62,017 bases of DNA from Spirochaetota bacterium (GTDB lineage: Bacteria > Spirochaetota > Spirochaetia > Treponematales > Rectinemataceae), in the NCBI GenBank assembly GCA_037130415.1, contig JBAXTA010000001.1, positions 1 to 62,017 of the forward strand, in the 5' to 3' direction. The notes under the pieces are model-generated. The model was not told the origin of the DNA. It did not search any database and worked only from the letters and a program-made list of their open reading frames with translations. Shown piece by piece: positions 53,703-61,709 of the stretch (within the stretch, counting starts at the first letter, position 1; each line of letters begins with the position of its first letter). The translations under genes and the position numbers were made by a program.

Positions 53703-56105
53703 ATGTCGTACCTAGTACCTATATTGCAGAGCCGAAGAGTATCGCGTTCCACAAGCCTCGCCTTGGTCGCAGCTTTCCTCGCTGTCTGCTTTCTTGTAAC
53801 AGGCTGTGGCGCCCCGGCGCCTAAAACGCAGCCAGTAGCCGCCCCCACAGCCCCGGCCGCAGAGGCAGCGCCAGCACTGACACAAGCGCTACCTAAGGCC
53901 CCGGCCCCGGTTGCTGCTCCCGCACCCAAAAAGAAGCCTGCAGCGAAAACTGCTGTAGCCCCTACCAGGGAACAGCTTGAGGCTGCAGCCGCTGAAATAG
54001 CAAAGTCCAAGGCCGAAGCAGCCGCTCAGGCGGAGGCTGCAGCTGCCGAAAAAGCCCAGGCTGAGGCCGAAGCAGCCGCTCAGGCGGAGGCTGCAGTCGC
54101 TGAAATAGCAAAGGCCAGGGCCGAAGCAGCAGCTCAGGCAGAAACTGCAGCTGCCGAAAAAGCCCTGGCCGATGAGGCTGCCAGGATACAGGCCGAAGCA
54201 GTCGCCAAGGCTCAGGCTGAGCTTGAAGCAGCAGCAAAAATTCAGGCTGAGCTGGCAGCCCGGGCACAGGCAGAGGCTGCGGCGAAAGCTGTAGCCGAGG
54301 CAGCTGCCAAGGCGGCGGCTGATAAAGCGGCGGCGGACAGGGCCGCTGCTGAAAAAGCTGCTGTGGAAAAAGCAGCAGCAGAGAAGGCTGCCTTTGAAAA
54401 GGCCGCAGCTGAAAGGCTGGCAGCCGAAAAAGCGTTAGCAAAGGCAGCTGCGGATATGGCAGCCGCTGACAAGGCAGCTGAGGATCAAGCCGCCGCTGAA
54501 AAGCTGGCAGCTGAAAAGGCGGCTGCAAAGGGTGCCGCTGATAAAGCTGCAGCAGACAAAGCGCTTGCAGAAAAGAAGGCTGCTGACAAAGCTTTGGCCG
54601 ATAAGCTTTCGGCCGAGAAGGCTGCCGCGGAAAAAGCCATCGCCGACAAGGCAGCTGCCGATGCTGCCGCCGATGCCGCAGTCAAGGCCGAAGTACTGCG
54701 AATAGCCAACCTCGATGTCCCGCCACCGACCTTCAAGACGGCAGGTGGCGTGTTTGCCGTAAGCGTGCAAGTCGCAATCGATCCACCTGATCTCAAGGAA
54801 GCCCAGGTCAATTACACAATCGATGGCAGTGAGCCCAGTGCCGCTTCTGGGCAACGCTACACGGTCCCGTTTTCCATTTCGAAAACAACAATTGTAAAGG
54901 CCCGCGCCTTCGTCGTCGGGGGCAAGGTTTCCCCGGTTGTGGCCTCCGAGTACGATATCGGGGAGATCTGCGCTGCGCCGGGCGGCAAAGGAGACGGCCG
55001 GCGTGGAGCCCCACTCGGCAATGTTGCCGCCGCAATCTCTTTGGCAGATACATTAGGAATTCATACGATCAAGCTTGCAACCGGCGCCTTTACTGAATCC
55101 TTTTCAATCAAGTCAGGTGGCCTTTCGATTAAGGGTGGCTACAAGGCAGACTTTTCCGCCGATGGCGCCGCGAGGACGAGGATAAGCGGCATTGCAGGCT
55201 CAGCGAGCACCAAGAAAGCTCCAGCTGCGGCAATGGTCATCTCAGGAAGCGATGCAGACGCGACGTTGCATATCGAGCATATCGAGTTCCACGGTGGCGA
55301 GGCTTCATACAGCAGCGGCATCCTGATCGCTGACAAGGCCAGCCCGGAGCTGCTCGATTGCACTTCGTATGGAGGTTCCGGAAGCTACGGCTATGGCGCA
55401 GTAGTGGCGGGTTCCGCCAATCCAACATTCAGGCTCTGCCGCCTCGACGGGGCTGGGGGTGCGACCTCGTACGGACTGGCAGTGGATGGAGCAACCGTAA
55501 GCGTTGTGTCCTCCTACCTCGTTGCGGGAACGGGAACGGTGGGCGGCTGCGGCCTGCAGGCAACCGATGCCAAAGCCTTTGTCGCAAGTTCTGTGCTCGC
55601 GGGCAACGCGGCAAACCTGAGCTACGGTGCGGCCTACTACAACAGCAAGGGATCCAGGCTTGAAAACTGTACTATTTCCGGAGGCACAGGTTCCGCAGTC
55701 GTCGCTATCTTCATCTCCGCTTCCGATCCTGACATCGAGAACTGTATTATTGCCGCGTATGGAAGCGCCAAATCCTTTGGCGTCCAGGCAAATTATGGCG
55801 AGTCAGCCCCCAATGCCATCAACGGTTCGGTCTTTCTTGGCTGTACTGGTGGGTACTATAACGATGTCCAGTCAAAGGCGACCTATCTGGCCTTCGATGC
55901 AACAGGGCACCTCGTCGCTGCGGATGGCAAGGTACCCGTCAAGCCGAAGGGCGAGGGCAATTCCAGAGCGGACTTCAAACTTGGCAACGGCTACGAAACG
56001 CCTGCCACGGCCAATATGCCGGCTGTTGCCACTCTTGCCGGAGCCTCCTCAGCAAACATCCTGGGCAAGGCGAGGACCGAACCGAGAAAGCCCGGAGCCT
56101 GGTAG
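53703..56105 (+). CDS. Surface lipoprotein P6: Ala/Glu/Lys-rich TolA-like stalk - CHB_HEX_C-like domain - right-handed beta-helix (DUF1565/pectin-lyase-fold-like)
   Basis: GGAG RBS. Lipobox AVCFLVTGC. About 240 aa of AEKAAA-type repeats. YTIDGSEPSAASGQRYTVPFSISKTTIVKARAF resembles the chitobiase/hexosaminidase C-terminal-like domain. The C-terminal Gly/Ser/Ala-rich coils with APLGNVAAAISLADTLGIHTIKLATGAFTE are typical of the start of a beta-helix domain. Confidence 0.85.
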   Translation: MSYLVPILQSRRVSRSTSLALVAAFLAVCFLVTGCGAPAPKTQPVAAPTAPAAEAAPALTQALPKAPAPVAAPAPKKKPAAKTAVAPTREQLEAAAAEIAKSKAEAAAQAEAAAAEKAQAEAEAAAQAEAAVAEIAKARAEAAAQAETAAAEKALADEAARIQAEAVAKAQAELEAAAKIQAELAARAQAEAAAKAVAEAAAKAAADKAAADRAAAEKAAVEKAAAEKAAFEKAAAERLAAEKALAKAAADMAAADKAAEDQAAAEKLAAEKAAAKGAADKAAADKALAEKKAADKALADKLSAEKAAAEKAIADKAAADAAADAAVKAEVLRIANLDVPPPTFKTAGGVFAVSVQVAIDPPDLKEAQVNYTIDGSEPSAASGQRYTVPFSISKTTIVKARAFVVGGKVSPVVASEYDIGEICAAPGGKGDGRRGAPLGNVAAAISLADTLGIHTIKLATGAFTESFSIKSGGLSIKGGYKADFSADGAARTRISGIAGSASTKKAPAAAMVISGSDADATLHIEHIEFHGGEASYSSGILIADKASPELLDCTSYGGSGSYGYGAVVAGSANPTFRLCRLDGAGGATSYGLAVDGATVSVVSSYLVAGTGTVGGCGLQATDAKAFVASSVLAGNAANLSYGAAYYNSKGSRLENCTISGGTGSAVVAIFISASDPDIENCIIAAYGSAKSFGVQANYGESAPNAINGSVFLGCTGGYYNDVQSKATYLAFDATGHLVAADGKVPVKPKGEGNSRADFKLGNGYETPATANMPAVATLAGASSANILGKARTEPRKPGAW
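54012..54173 (+). repeat. 3 x 54-nt in-frame tandem repeat inside the P6 stalk
   Basis: gccgaagcagccgctcaggcggaggctgcag occurs at 54012 and 54066, with a diverged copy at 54120. These encode AEAAAQAEAAAAEKAQAE, AEAAAQAEAAVAEIAKAR and AEAAAQAETAAAEKALAD. Further 15-nt (AAEKA) periodicity continues to about 54700. Confidence 0.85.
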
Positions 56106-56113
56106 CCAGACCA

Positions 56114-58825
56114 TCATTTTTCGCTGAGCGAGAATACTCCGTCCCAGTCTGCTGGCTGAGGAGTCTTCACAAAGGTCTCCGACCTCCTGAGATAGGTGGC
56201 CGAGGGGCCATCCCCCGGGCGCTCTACCGCCAGGGTTGCGAAGGCTTCGAGGGAGGCCTTCCAGTCGCGGGCATCGAAGAGGAGGTGGGCCTGTTCGAAA
56301 CGCGACAGGAAATCGAGGTTTTCCTCCTTCGTCTCCGAACGCTGGTCGATCATCTCCCAGAGCTGCACCGGTGTATTTATGCCGACGACCCGCACCTGGT
56401 CGAGACGCCTGGAAACAAACTCGTCTCCGGCCTCTTCCTTCGTGGCGCCTGACGCGAGGATCCAGGTACCATACTGCTTGTTGACGCCTTCGAGGCGAGC
56501 GGCAAGGTTGACTGCGTTACCCATAATTGTGTAGTTCATTTTCTTCTCGGTGCCCATGTTGCCCACGACGATGTCGCCGGTATTGAGGCCGATGCGCGTT
56601 AGGAGGGGTGTCGGGCTGAGCTTGTCCGCGAGGAATTGCATGTTCATCTCGGCTTCCTTCTTCTTCATGAGGATGGCGGAAAGTACCGACTCGCGGGCAT
56701 GGGTCTCATAGTGCACCGGCGCCCCGAAAAAGGAGATGATGGCGTCGCCTTCGAATTTGTCGATGGTGCCTCGCTGCGCGAGGATGATGTTGCTCATGCC
56801 TGTCAGATAGAGGTTGAGGAGCTTGACGAGTTGCTCGGGATCGAGGGCCTCGGAAATGGTGGAAAATCCCTTAACGTCGGTGAACTGTGCAGTGATCCAC
56901 ATCTTCTGGCCGCCAAGGCTGAGCTTGTCGGGGTCCGCTATGATCTGATTGATGATGTCGCCCGAGAGGTAGGTCCCGAAGGCCTTGCGGATAAAGTTCT
57001 TTTCGCGCTCCGAGATCAGGAATGAAAGTCCTGCATAGCCGAGGAAGGAAACAAAGGTCGAGAGCGCTGGGGCAAGTACCTGGACGTAGATTCCGGTCAG
57101 GGCGAAGAGGGCGTAATCAAGAGCAATTACGATGATTGTTGCGACGACGCCAGCCACGATCCTTGTGGCTGTCTCAAGCCTTGAGATGGCAAAGGCTACC
57201 AGGGCTGCGAGGATCAGGGATGCGAGGGCGCTGACCCAGGTCGGTGCCGGGTATATGAAGTCGCGTTGGATGATGGTGTTGGCGACCGCAGCATGGGTGC
57301 CGACATTCACATAGCTTTTATGGAATGGATTAACGCCAATATCAGTGGTAGCGGTGGCTGTCCATCCGATGATGCAAAAGGCTCCCTCGAGCTTGGAGCG
57401 GAGTTTTTTGCCCTGCTCGTCGACGATGGCCTGTGTATTGATGCAATTGCCAAACAATGTCGCCACGCGTGTCTTGAGTTCATCATAGAGAGGAGTATCG
57501 GCAGCTTTGGCCTTGGCCTTTGCCACGTCGATGATTTCGGGAAGCCGCGTATCCCATCCAGCGGCAAGGACGGTCGCGGTTTCAGCCTTGGCTGCGGCCT
57601 TGGCTGCTAGCCAGGTTGCGCGATCCTCGGCGCTGCCGCTGGCGATGGCAGCGTCGCGTGTTTCCGACTCGGCATCCCAGGCGGCGACCGCCGCGTCGAT
57701 GGGGTTGGCGCTCGGCACGAGGCTCCATGCCTGGAGCTTGGCAAGGTAGCGGAGGTTCGACACGAGGATACCCTCGTTCCTGAGGTACTCGAGGATGCGA
57801 TAGAAGGAAAGGTGGGTGAAGCTTTCGGCGTAATTGGCCCTGGGCCAGCGGATCAGCATCCTTCCTTCCTCGTCCAGGGGAATCGAGATGTCCATGCTCC
57901 TGTCCGCGAGCCTCGCACCCTTGAGCAGGATGCTTGAGTTTTTCACCATTACTTCAGGTTCGCCAAGTCGGCGCATGAGGGGCGAGAAGGCCAGTTGCAG
58001 GTAACGTTTTCCGTCGATCTCCTCGACTAGCCGGATGCGGCGCCTGACGCCATCCTCGTCGATGAAGACGTTCGTAAAGCCCGCACTCCTGGCCATGGAG
58101 GAAACCTCCAGAATGGGGAGAAGGAAATCCTTATCGCTGCTGCGGACCGGTGCAGCCGCAGTGACCTTGGGATAGGCGAAGCTGCTTTCCGCGATTGCAC
58201 GCTGTGCAGCACTGGCCGCGTCAAGCTTTGCCGGCTGGAGGTTGATCGTCACAAATGAGTTTCCAAATAGGCGCATTGCCCTTCCGAGGTAGCTGTCATT
58301 CTCGACAGCTACCTTCCCTGTTTTTGCATAGAGGGTGCCCTTGCCTGTTTTCAGGTAGTCAAGGAGCTGCTCGCCGTAGTCCCTTGCGTCGGCGAGCTTG
58401 ATATTGCCGCTTCCGATGGCGCTGAACAGATCCCCGATGTTGGATCCGATATCATCGAAGAAGCCGTCAAAGACGTTTTTCAAGCCGCCTTCGAGGTACT
58501 CGCGGTCGACGCTCATAGGGCTTTTTTCAATATACTCGATATCGAATACTGCATAGGAGGATCCAAACTCGGAGAGGCCCTCAAGGCCCTTTGCGATGAG
58601 GCCACGTGGCCAGGGCCAGGAGCCCGTGCGCACGACTGATTCCTCATCCACATCGAGGAGGACTATGGATTTGTCCTGCTTGACCTCGGGCTTCAGGCCC
58701 AGGAAGAAATCATAAGCCCTGAACTCCAGCCCCTTGGTCGCGCCGAGCAGACTGAGGATCGCGAAGAGCGCGCCGACTCCCAATGGCAGGAGCACGAGGC
58801 TCCTGTTCGTTTTATTCGTGCTCAT
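56114..58825 (-). CDS. CHASE2-sensor class III adenylate/guanylate cyclase
   Basis: The ORF track starts at TTG 58852. ATG 58825 (MSTNKTNRSLVLLPLG) is preceded by GGGGAGG. N-terminal TM, then a large periplasmic CHASE2-like region, then 3-4 TM segments. Cyclase domain (AQFTDVKGFSTISE..GDAIISFFGAP..RIGLNTGDIVVGNMGTEKKMNYTIMGNAVNLAARLEG). Confidence 0.85.
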   Translation of the reverse strand: MSTNKTNRSLVLLPLGVGALFAILSLLGATKGLEFRAYDFFLGLKPEVKQDKSIVLLDVDEESVVRTGSWPWPRGLIAKGLEGLSEFGSSYAVFDIEYIEKSPMSVDREYLEGGLKNVFDGFFDDIGSNIGDLFSAIGSGNIKLADARDYGEQLLDYLKTGKGTLYAKTGKVAVENDSYLGRAMRLFGNSFVTINLQPAKLDAASAAQRAIAESSFAYPKVTAAAPVRSSDKDFLLPILEVSSMARSAGFTNVFIDEDGVRRRIRLVEEIDGKRYLQLAFSPLMRRLGEPEVMVKNSSILLKGARLADRSMDISIPLDEEGRMLIRWPRANYAESFTHLSFYRILEYLRNEGILVSNLRYLAKLQAWSLVPSANPIDAAVAAWDAESETRDAAIASGSAEDRATWLAAKAAAKAETATVLAAGWDTRLPEIIDVAKAKAKAADTPLYDELKTRVATLFGNCINTQAIVDEQGKKLRSKLEGAFCIIGWTATATTDIGVNPFHKSYVNVGTHAAVANTIIQRDFIYPAPTWVSALASLILAALVAFAISRLETATRIVAGVVATIIVIALDYALFALTGIYVQVLAPALSTFVSFLGYAGLSFLISEREKNFIRKAFGTYLSGDIINQIIADPDKLSLGGQKMWITAQFTDVKGFSTISEALDPEQLVKLLNLYLTGMSNIILAQRGTIDKFEGDAIISFFGAPVHYETHARESVLSAILMKKKEAEMNMQFLADKLSPTPLLTRIGLNTGDIVVGNMGTEKKMNYTIMGNAVNLAARLEGVNKQYGTWILASGATKEEAGDEFVSRRLDQVRVVGINTPVQLWEMIDQRSETKEENLDFLSRFEQAHLLFDARDWKASLEAFATLAVERPGDGPSATYLRRSETFVKTPQPADWDGVFSLSEK

Positions 58826-58837
58826 GGCGCCTCCCCG

Positions 58838-58865
58838 TTGCTTACAGCCCAATGCGGATTATAAT
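58838..58865 (+). promoter_or_regulatory. Putative promoter of the divergent envelope operon
   Basis: TTGCTT (58838-58843), a 16-nt spacer, then TATAAT (58860-58865). This lies 30 nt upstream of ATG 58895 and partly overlaps the 5' region of the cyclase gene. Confidence 0.4.
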
Positions 58866-58894
58866 GAATCAAGGTCTGAATACAAGGATGGACG

Positions 58895-59356
58895 ATGAAT
58901 CGAATGCTGCCTTTCGCCCTCGTGTTCACCTTCTCGGTTATTTTCCCGGGGGGCATGGTCTGGGCGCAGTCCAACGAGTTTTTGGACGGCCTTCTCGCCA
59001 AGCAGTCGATCACGGTGGGGCAGACCGCCTATCTCATTCTTGTAGCTTCTGACAATCTCGCCGAGGATGCCGATGAGGCCAGGGCCTTCGAGCTTCTGAC
59101 CAACATGGGCTGGGCTCCTGCAGGCGCAAAGATCAACCAGCCGATCGAACTGGCCTCCTATTCCTACATACTCATGCGTGCCTTCAACCTCAAGGGTGGG
59201 ATCATGTACACCCTTTTCCCGAGTCCGCGCTATGCGTTCCGTGAGCTTTCTTCCATGCAGGTCATCCAGAGTGTCTACGATCCCGCATCCCCGGTGGACG
59301 GGTCGATGGCGATCCAGATCCTGAGCATGGTATTCGATACCCTGGGGGCGAATTGA
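58895..59356 (+). CDS. Small secreted hypothetical protein
   Basis: 153 aa. AAGGA RBS. Signal peptide MNRMLPFALVFTFSVIFPGGMVWAQS. Internally repeated helical segments (ITVGQTAYLILVA / IELASYSYILMRA / VDGSMAIQILSMV) are vaguely SLH-like. I can assign no firm family. Confidence 0.5.
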   Translation: MNRMLPFALVFTFSVIFPGGMVWAQSNEFLDGLLAKQSITVGQTAYLILVASDNLAEDADEARAFELLTNMGWAPAGAKINQPIELASYSYILMRAFNLKGGIMYTLFPSPRYAFRELSSMQVIQSVYDPASPVDGSMAIQILSMVFDTLGAN

Positions 59357-60630
59357 TGCAGCGCCTTTGCCGGATATGCGCCATCTCTGCGGCCTTGTTC
59401 TCCCAGACATCCATCCATGCACTGGATTTCGGACTCGATCTCTCGAACAATAGCATGGTCTCCTACGACAGCATGCCGCTCCTCAGCCAATCCAATCGTG
59501 CGAGTCCCTGGCTCAAGGTTCCCCTTGGACCAGACGCCAAGCTCTACGTCTCTGGTTTCTACGAATTCAGTGCAGCCTTTCAGGTCTCACCGGACTTCAA
59601 AACAATCAGCCCTGTGATCACTCCGCTCAGGATCGATCTGGACCGGACTGACTATGTAGGTTCTCTCAGCGCTGTCTTCGGAAAGACCTCCCTCCTCAGC
59701 TATGCCTTCGGGCGGACAAACTTTTCGGACACTGCAACCCAGGTAATCAGCGGGCTTTCGGACGGTGCCTCCGCTGAACTTGCCATCGGCAACATAAGCT
59801 ACAAGGCATCGCTCGGATACCGGGGGCTGCTCTACAAGGCAGACGCGAGGTCCTACATCGATTCAGCCGATGCCGCCATCGACGATGCTGCCGTCTCCTT
59901 CACATCCCTCAACTCATATGTGGCGAGCTATTTCGCTCCGCAGCGGGCTTTTGTCGGCATTGGAGCCTTCTCCACCGAGCTTGCAAGGGGGCTCGACATC
60001 GGCTTTGAGGGCTGGGGCCAGATCGACGTAGCGGGACTTGCGCGATTGAAGATTCCAACCCATACGCTGTATCTTGAGCCCTCGGCATCAATAAAGTTCA
60101 CGCGTCTCCTCGGCTGGAAGATATGGGGAGTCTATGAGATCGGCTATTCCACCGGCATCTTCCCCTCCTTTGCCTTTGGCAGCCAGTTCGACCTCTCGCT
60201 TCCGCAATACATGGGACTGCGCCTCAGCCAGAACACCCTTTTCGCGAGCGGCAACTCGGGGGTTTTTCGAACCTTTACTCCGATCCGGATGGGATCTGTG
60301 GGTTCGGTCGCCGCCTTGCCCTTCTCCGATGTCGCTTCGGTCTCGCTTGAATCCTTCCTCTCACCCTTGAGCGGCCTTTATTGTGGCCTTTCCGCAATAG
60401 CGCTGTTCAGGGCGAGCAATAATGTGCCGTCCAAGGGTTCTGTCAGGGCCGATGCCTCGGGACCCTATCTGGGCTTCGAAACCAACATGCTCCTTGCTTC
60501 CTACCCGACCTCAGACCTCATGCTTTCGATGGGGCTAGGCGTCTACGTGCCGAATACTGTCACCATGTTCGTGAAAGCGGACTCGCCCACGAAGTTCACG
60601 CTCTCAGTCTCTGCAATTTTGTCCATGTGA
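59356..60630 (+). CDS. Secreted hypothetical protein, possibly an outer-membrane beta-barrel
   Basis: ATG 59356 forms a TGATG overlap with the upstream stop (the track gives TTG 59353). Signal-like ICAISAALFSQTSIHA. Long stretches of alternating hydrophobic/polar residues rich in Y/F/G/S, running to the C-terminus (KFTLSVSAILSM). Confidence 0.5.
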   Translation: MQRLCRICAISAALFSQTSIHALDFGLDLSNNSMVSYDSMPLLSQSNRASPWLKVPLGPDAKLYVSGFYEFSAAFQVSPDFKTISPVITPLRIDLDRTDYVGSLSAVFGKTSLLSYAFGRTNFSDTATQVISGLSDGASAELAIGNISYKASLGYRGLLYKADARSYIDSADAAIDDAAVSFTSLNSYVASYFAPQRAFVGIGAFSTELARGLDIGFEGWGQIDVAGLARLKIPTHTLYLEPSASIKFTRLLGWKIWGVYEIGYSTGIFPSFAFGSQFDLSLPQYMGLRLSQNTLFASGNSGVFRTFTPIRMGSVGSVAALPFSDVASVSLESFLSPLSGLYCGLSAIALFRASNNVPSKGSVRADASGPYLGFETNMLLASYPTSDLMLSMGLGVYVPNTVTMFVKADSPTKFTLSVSAILSM

Positions 60631-60638
60631 GGATGCCG

Positions 60639-61667
60639 ATGAAAAACCCGCGAAGGTCGATGTTTATGGCGCTGGTATTGGTAACTGTCACAAGCCAGGC
60701 CCAGGAGGCTGTATTCTCTGAGGTCAGCGGCAAGGTGGAGTACCAGCTGCCGGGGGCCGACTGGAAACCGGCAAAGGTAGGGTCCAAGGTGAGCAAGGGC
60801 TCCCTCGTTTCCACGGGATTCAAGAGCACGGCCGTCCTCAAGATCGGAAAGATCTCGATTTCGATGAAGCCCATCACGCGTCTGTCCCTCGATGAACTCG
60901 TCAAGACGGCTGGCGGCACGCAGACCGAGCTGTACCTCCTTTCGGGGCGCGTCCACGCGGATGTCCCACCGCAGGCAGGACAGACCAGCGAGTTCAACGT
61001 CACAAGTCCTACTGCGACCGCCTCCGTGCGCGGCACGGCCTTTCTCTTCGATGGGACAAACCTCCTCGTCGATCGTGGAACGGTCAAGCTCATGACACCA
61101 ACCTCCCAGTCCCGGTCGGTGGGAATGGGTGAGTTCAGCTATGTGGTAAAGGGCAGCGGCAACGTTGCCCCCCCAATAGCCGTAGTTGTCGAGCCGACGC
61201 CCATTGACAATTCTTCCGACACGACGGAGTCATCCGATACAGCAGCTGGCGACTCAGGTGGTGACACTTCGGCAACTGCTTCGTCCGGGGATGGCGGCGG
61301 CTCGGCCGATGCCTCGGGAGGGGCTGCGTCCACAGACAGCGGCAGCGCTGCCGCAGATTCTGGAGGCGCGGGTGGTGGCGCCGCAATCACTGATGCGGGA
61401 GGAAGCCCTGGAGGAGGAGGGCCTGCAGACACTGGAGGCGCAGCAGCGTCGGGTGGCGGGTCAGCATCTTCTACTCCAGCCCCTCAGGCGGCTCCTGCCG
61501 CTACTTCGAAGCCGGCTGCGGCTGCAAGCAAACCCGCCATGGGCGGAGCCATGCTGGAGCGCGTGCACGCGATCACGGTACAGGCAACAGTGGAAGCCAT
61601 CGCCCAGAAGATCGACAAGCCGGCGAATCCCATTCCGAGCTTCGATTTCCACCTCGAGATCAAATAG
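60639..61667 (+). CDS. FecR-domain secreted protein with a long Gly/Ser/Ala/Asp-rich low-complexity region
   Basis: The track gives GTG 60627. ATG 60639 follows GAGGA and gives the signal peptide MKNPRRSMFMALVLVTVTSQAQEA. FecR-like beta region (GKVEYQLPGADWKPAKVGSKVSKGSLVSTGFKSTAVLKIGK..VRGTAFLFD). Confidence 0.7.
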   Translation: MKNPRRSMFMALVLVTVTSQAQEAVFSEVSGKVEYQLPGADWKPAKVGSKVSKGSLVSTGFKSTAVLKIGKISISMKPITRLSLDELVKTAGGTQTELYLLSGRVHADVPPQAGQTSEFNVTSPTATASVRGTAFLFDGTNLLVDRGTVKLMTPTSQSRSVGMGEFSYVVKGSGNVAPPIAVVVEPTPIDNSSDTTESSDTAAGDSGGDTSATASSGDGGGSADASGGAASTDSGSAAADSGGAGGGAAITDAGGSPGGGGPADTGGAAASGGGSASSTPAPQAAPAATSKPAAAASKPAMGGAMLERVHAITVQATVEAIAQKIDKPANPIPSFDFHLEIK

Positions 61668-61709
61668 CGCGCTTTCCCCTGACAGGGCCTTGGGGGTATA
61701 GTCCTGCCC

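Noticed and set aside
53962-54811. Several minus-strand ORFs (53962-54528, 54242-54472, 54435-54854, 54485-54811)
   Set aside because: They are the reverse-complement reading of GCN/GAA/AAA repeat codons in the P6 Ala/Glu/Lys stalk. This is a pure repeat artefact.
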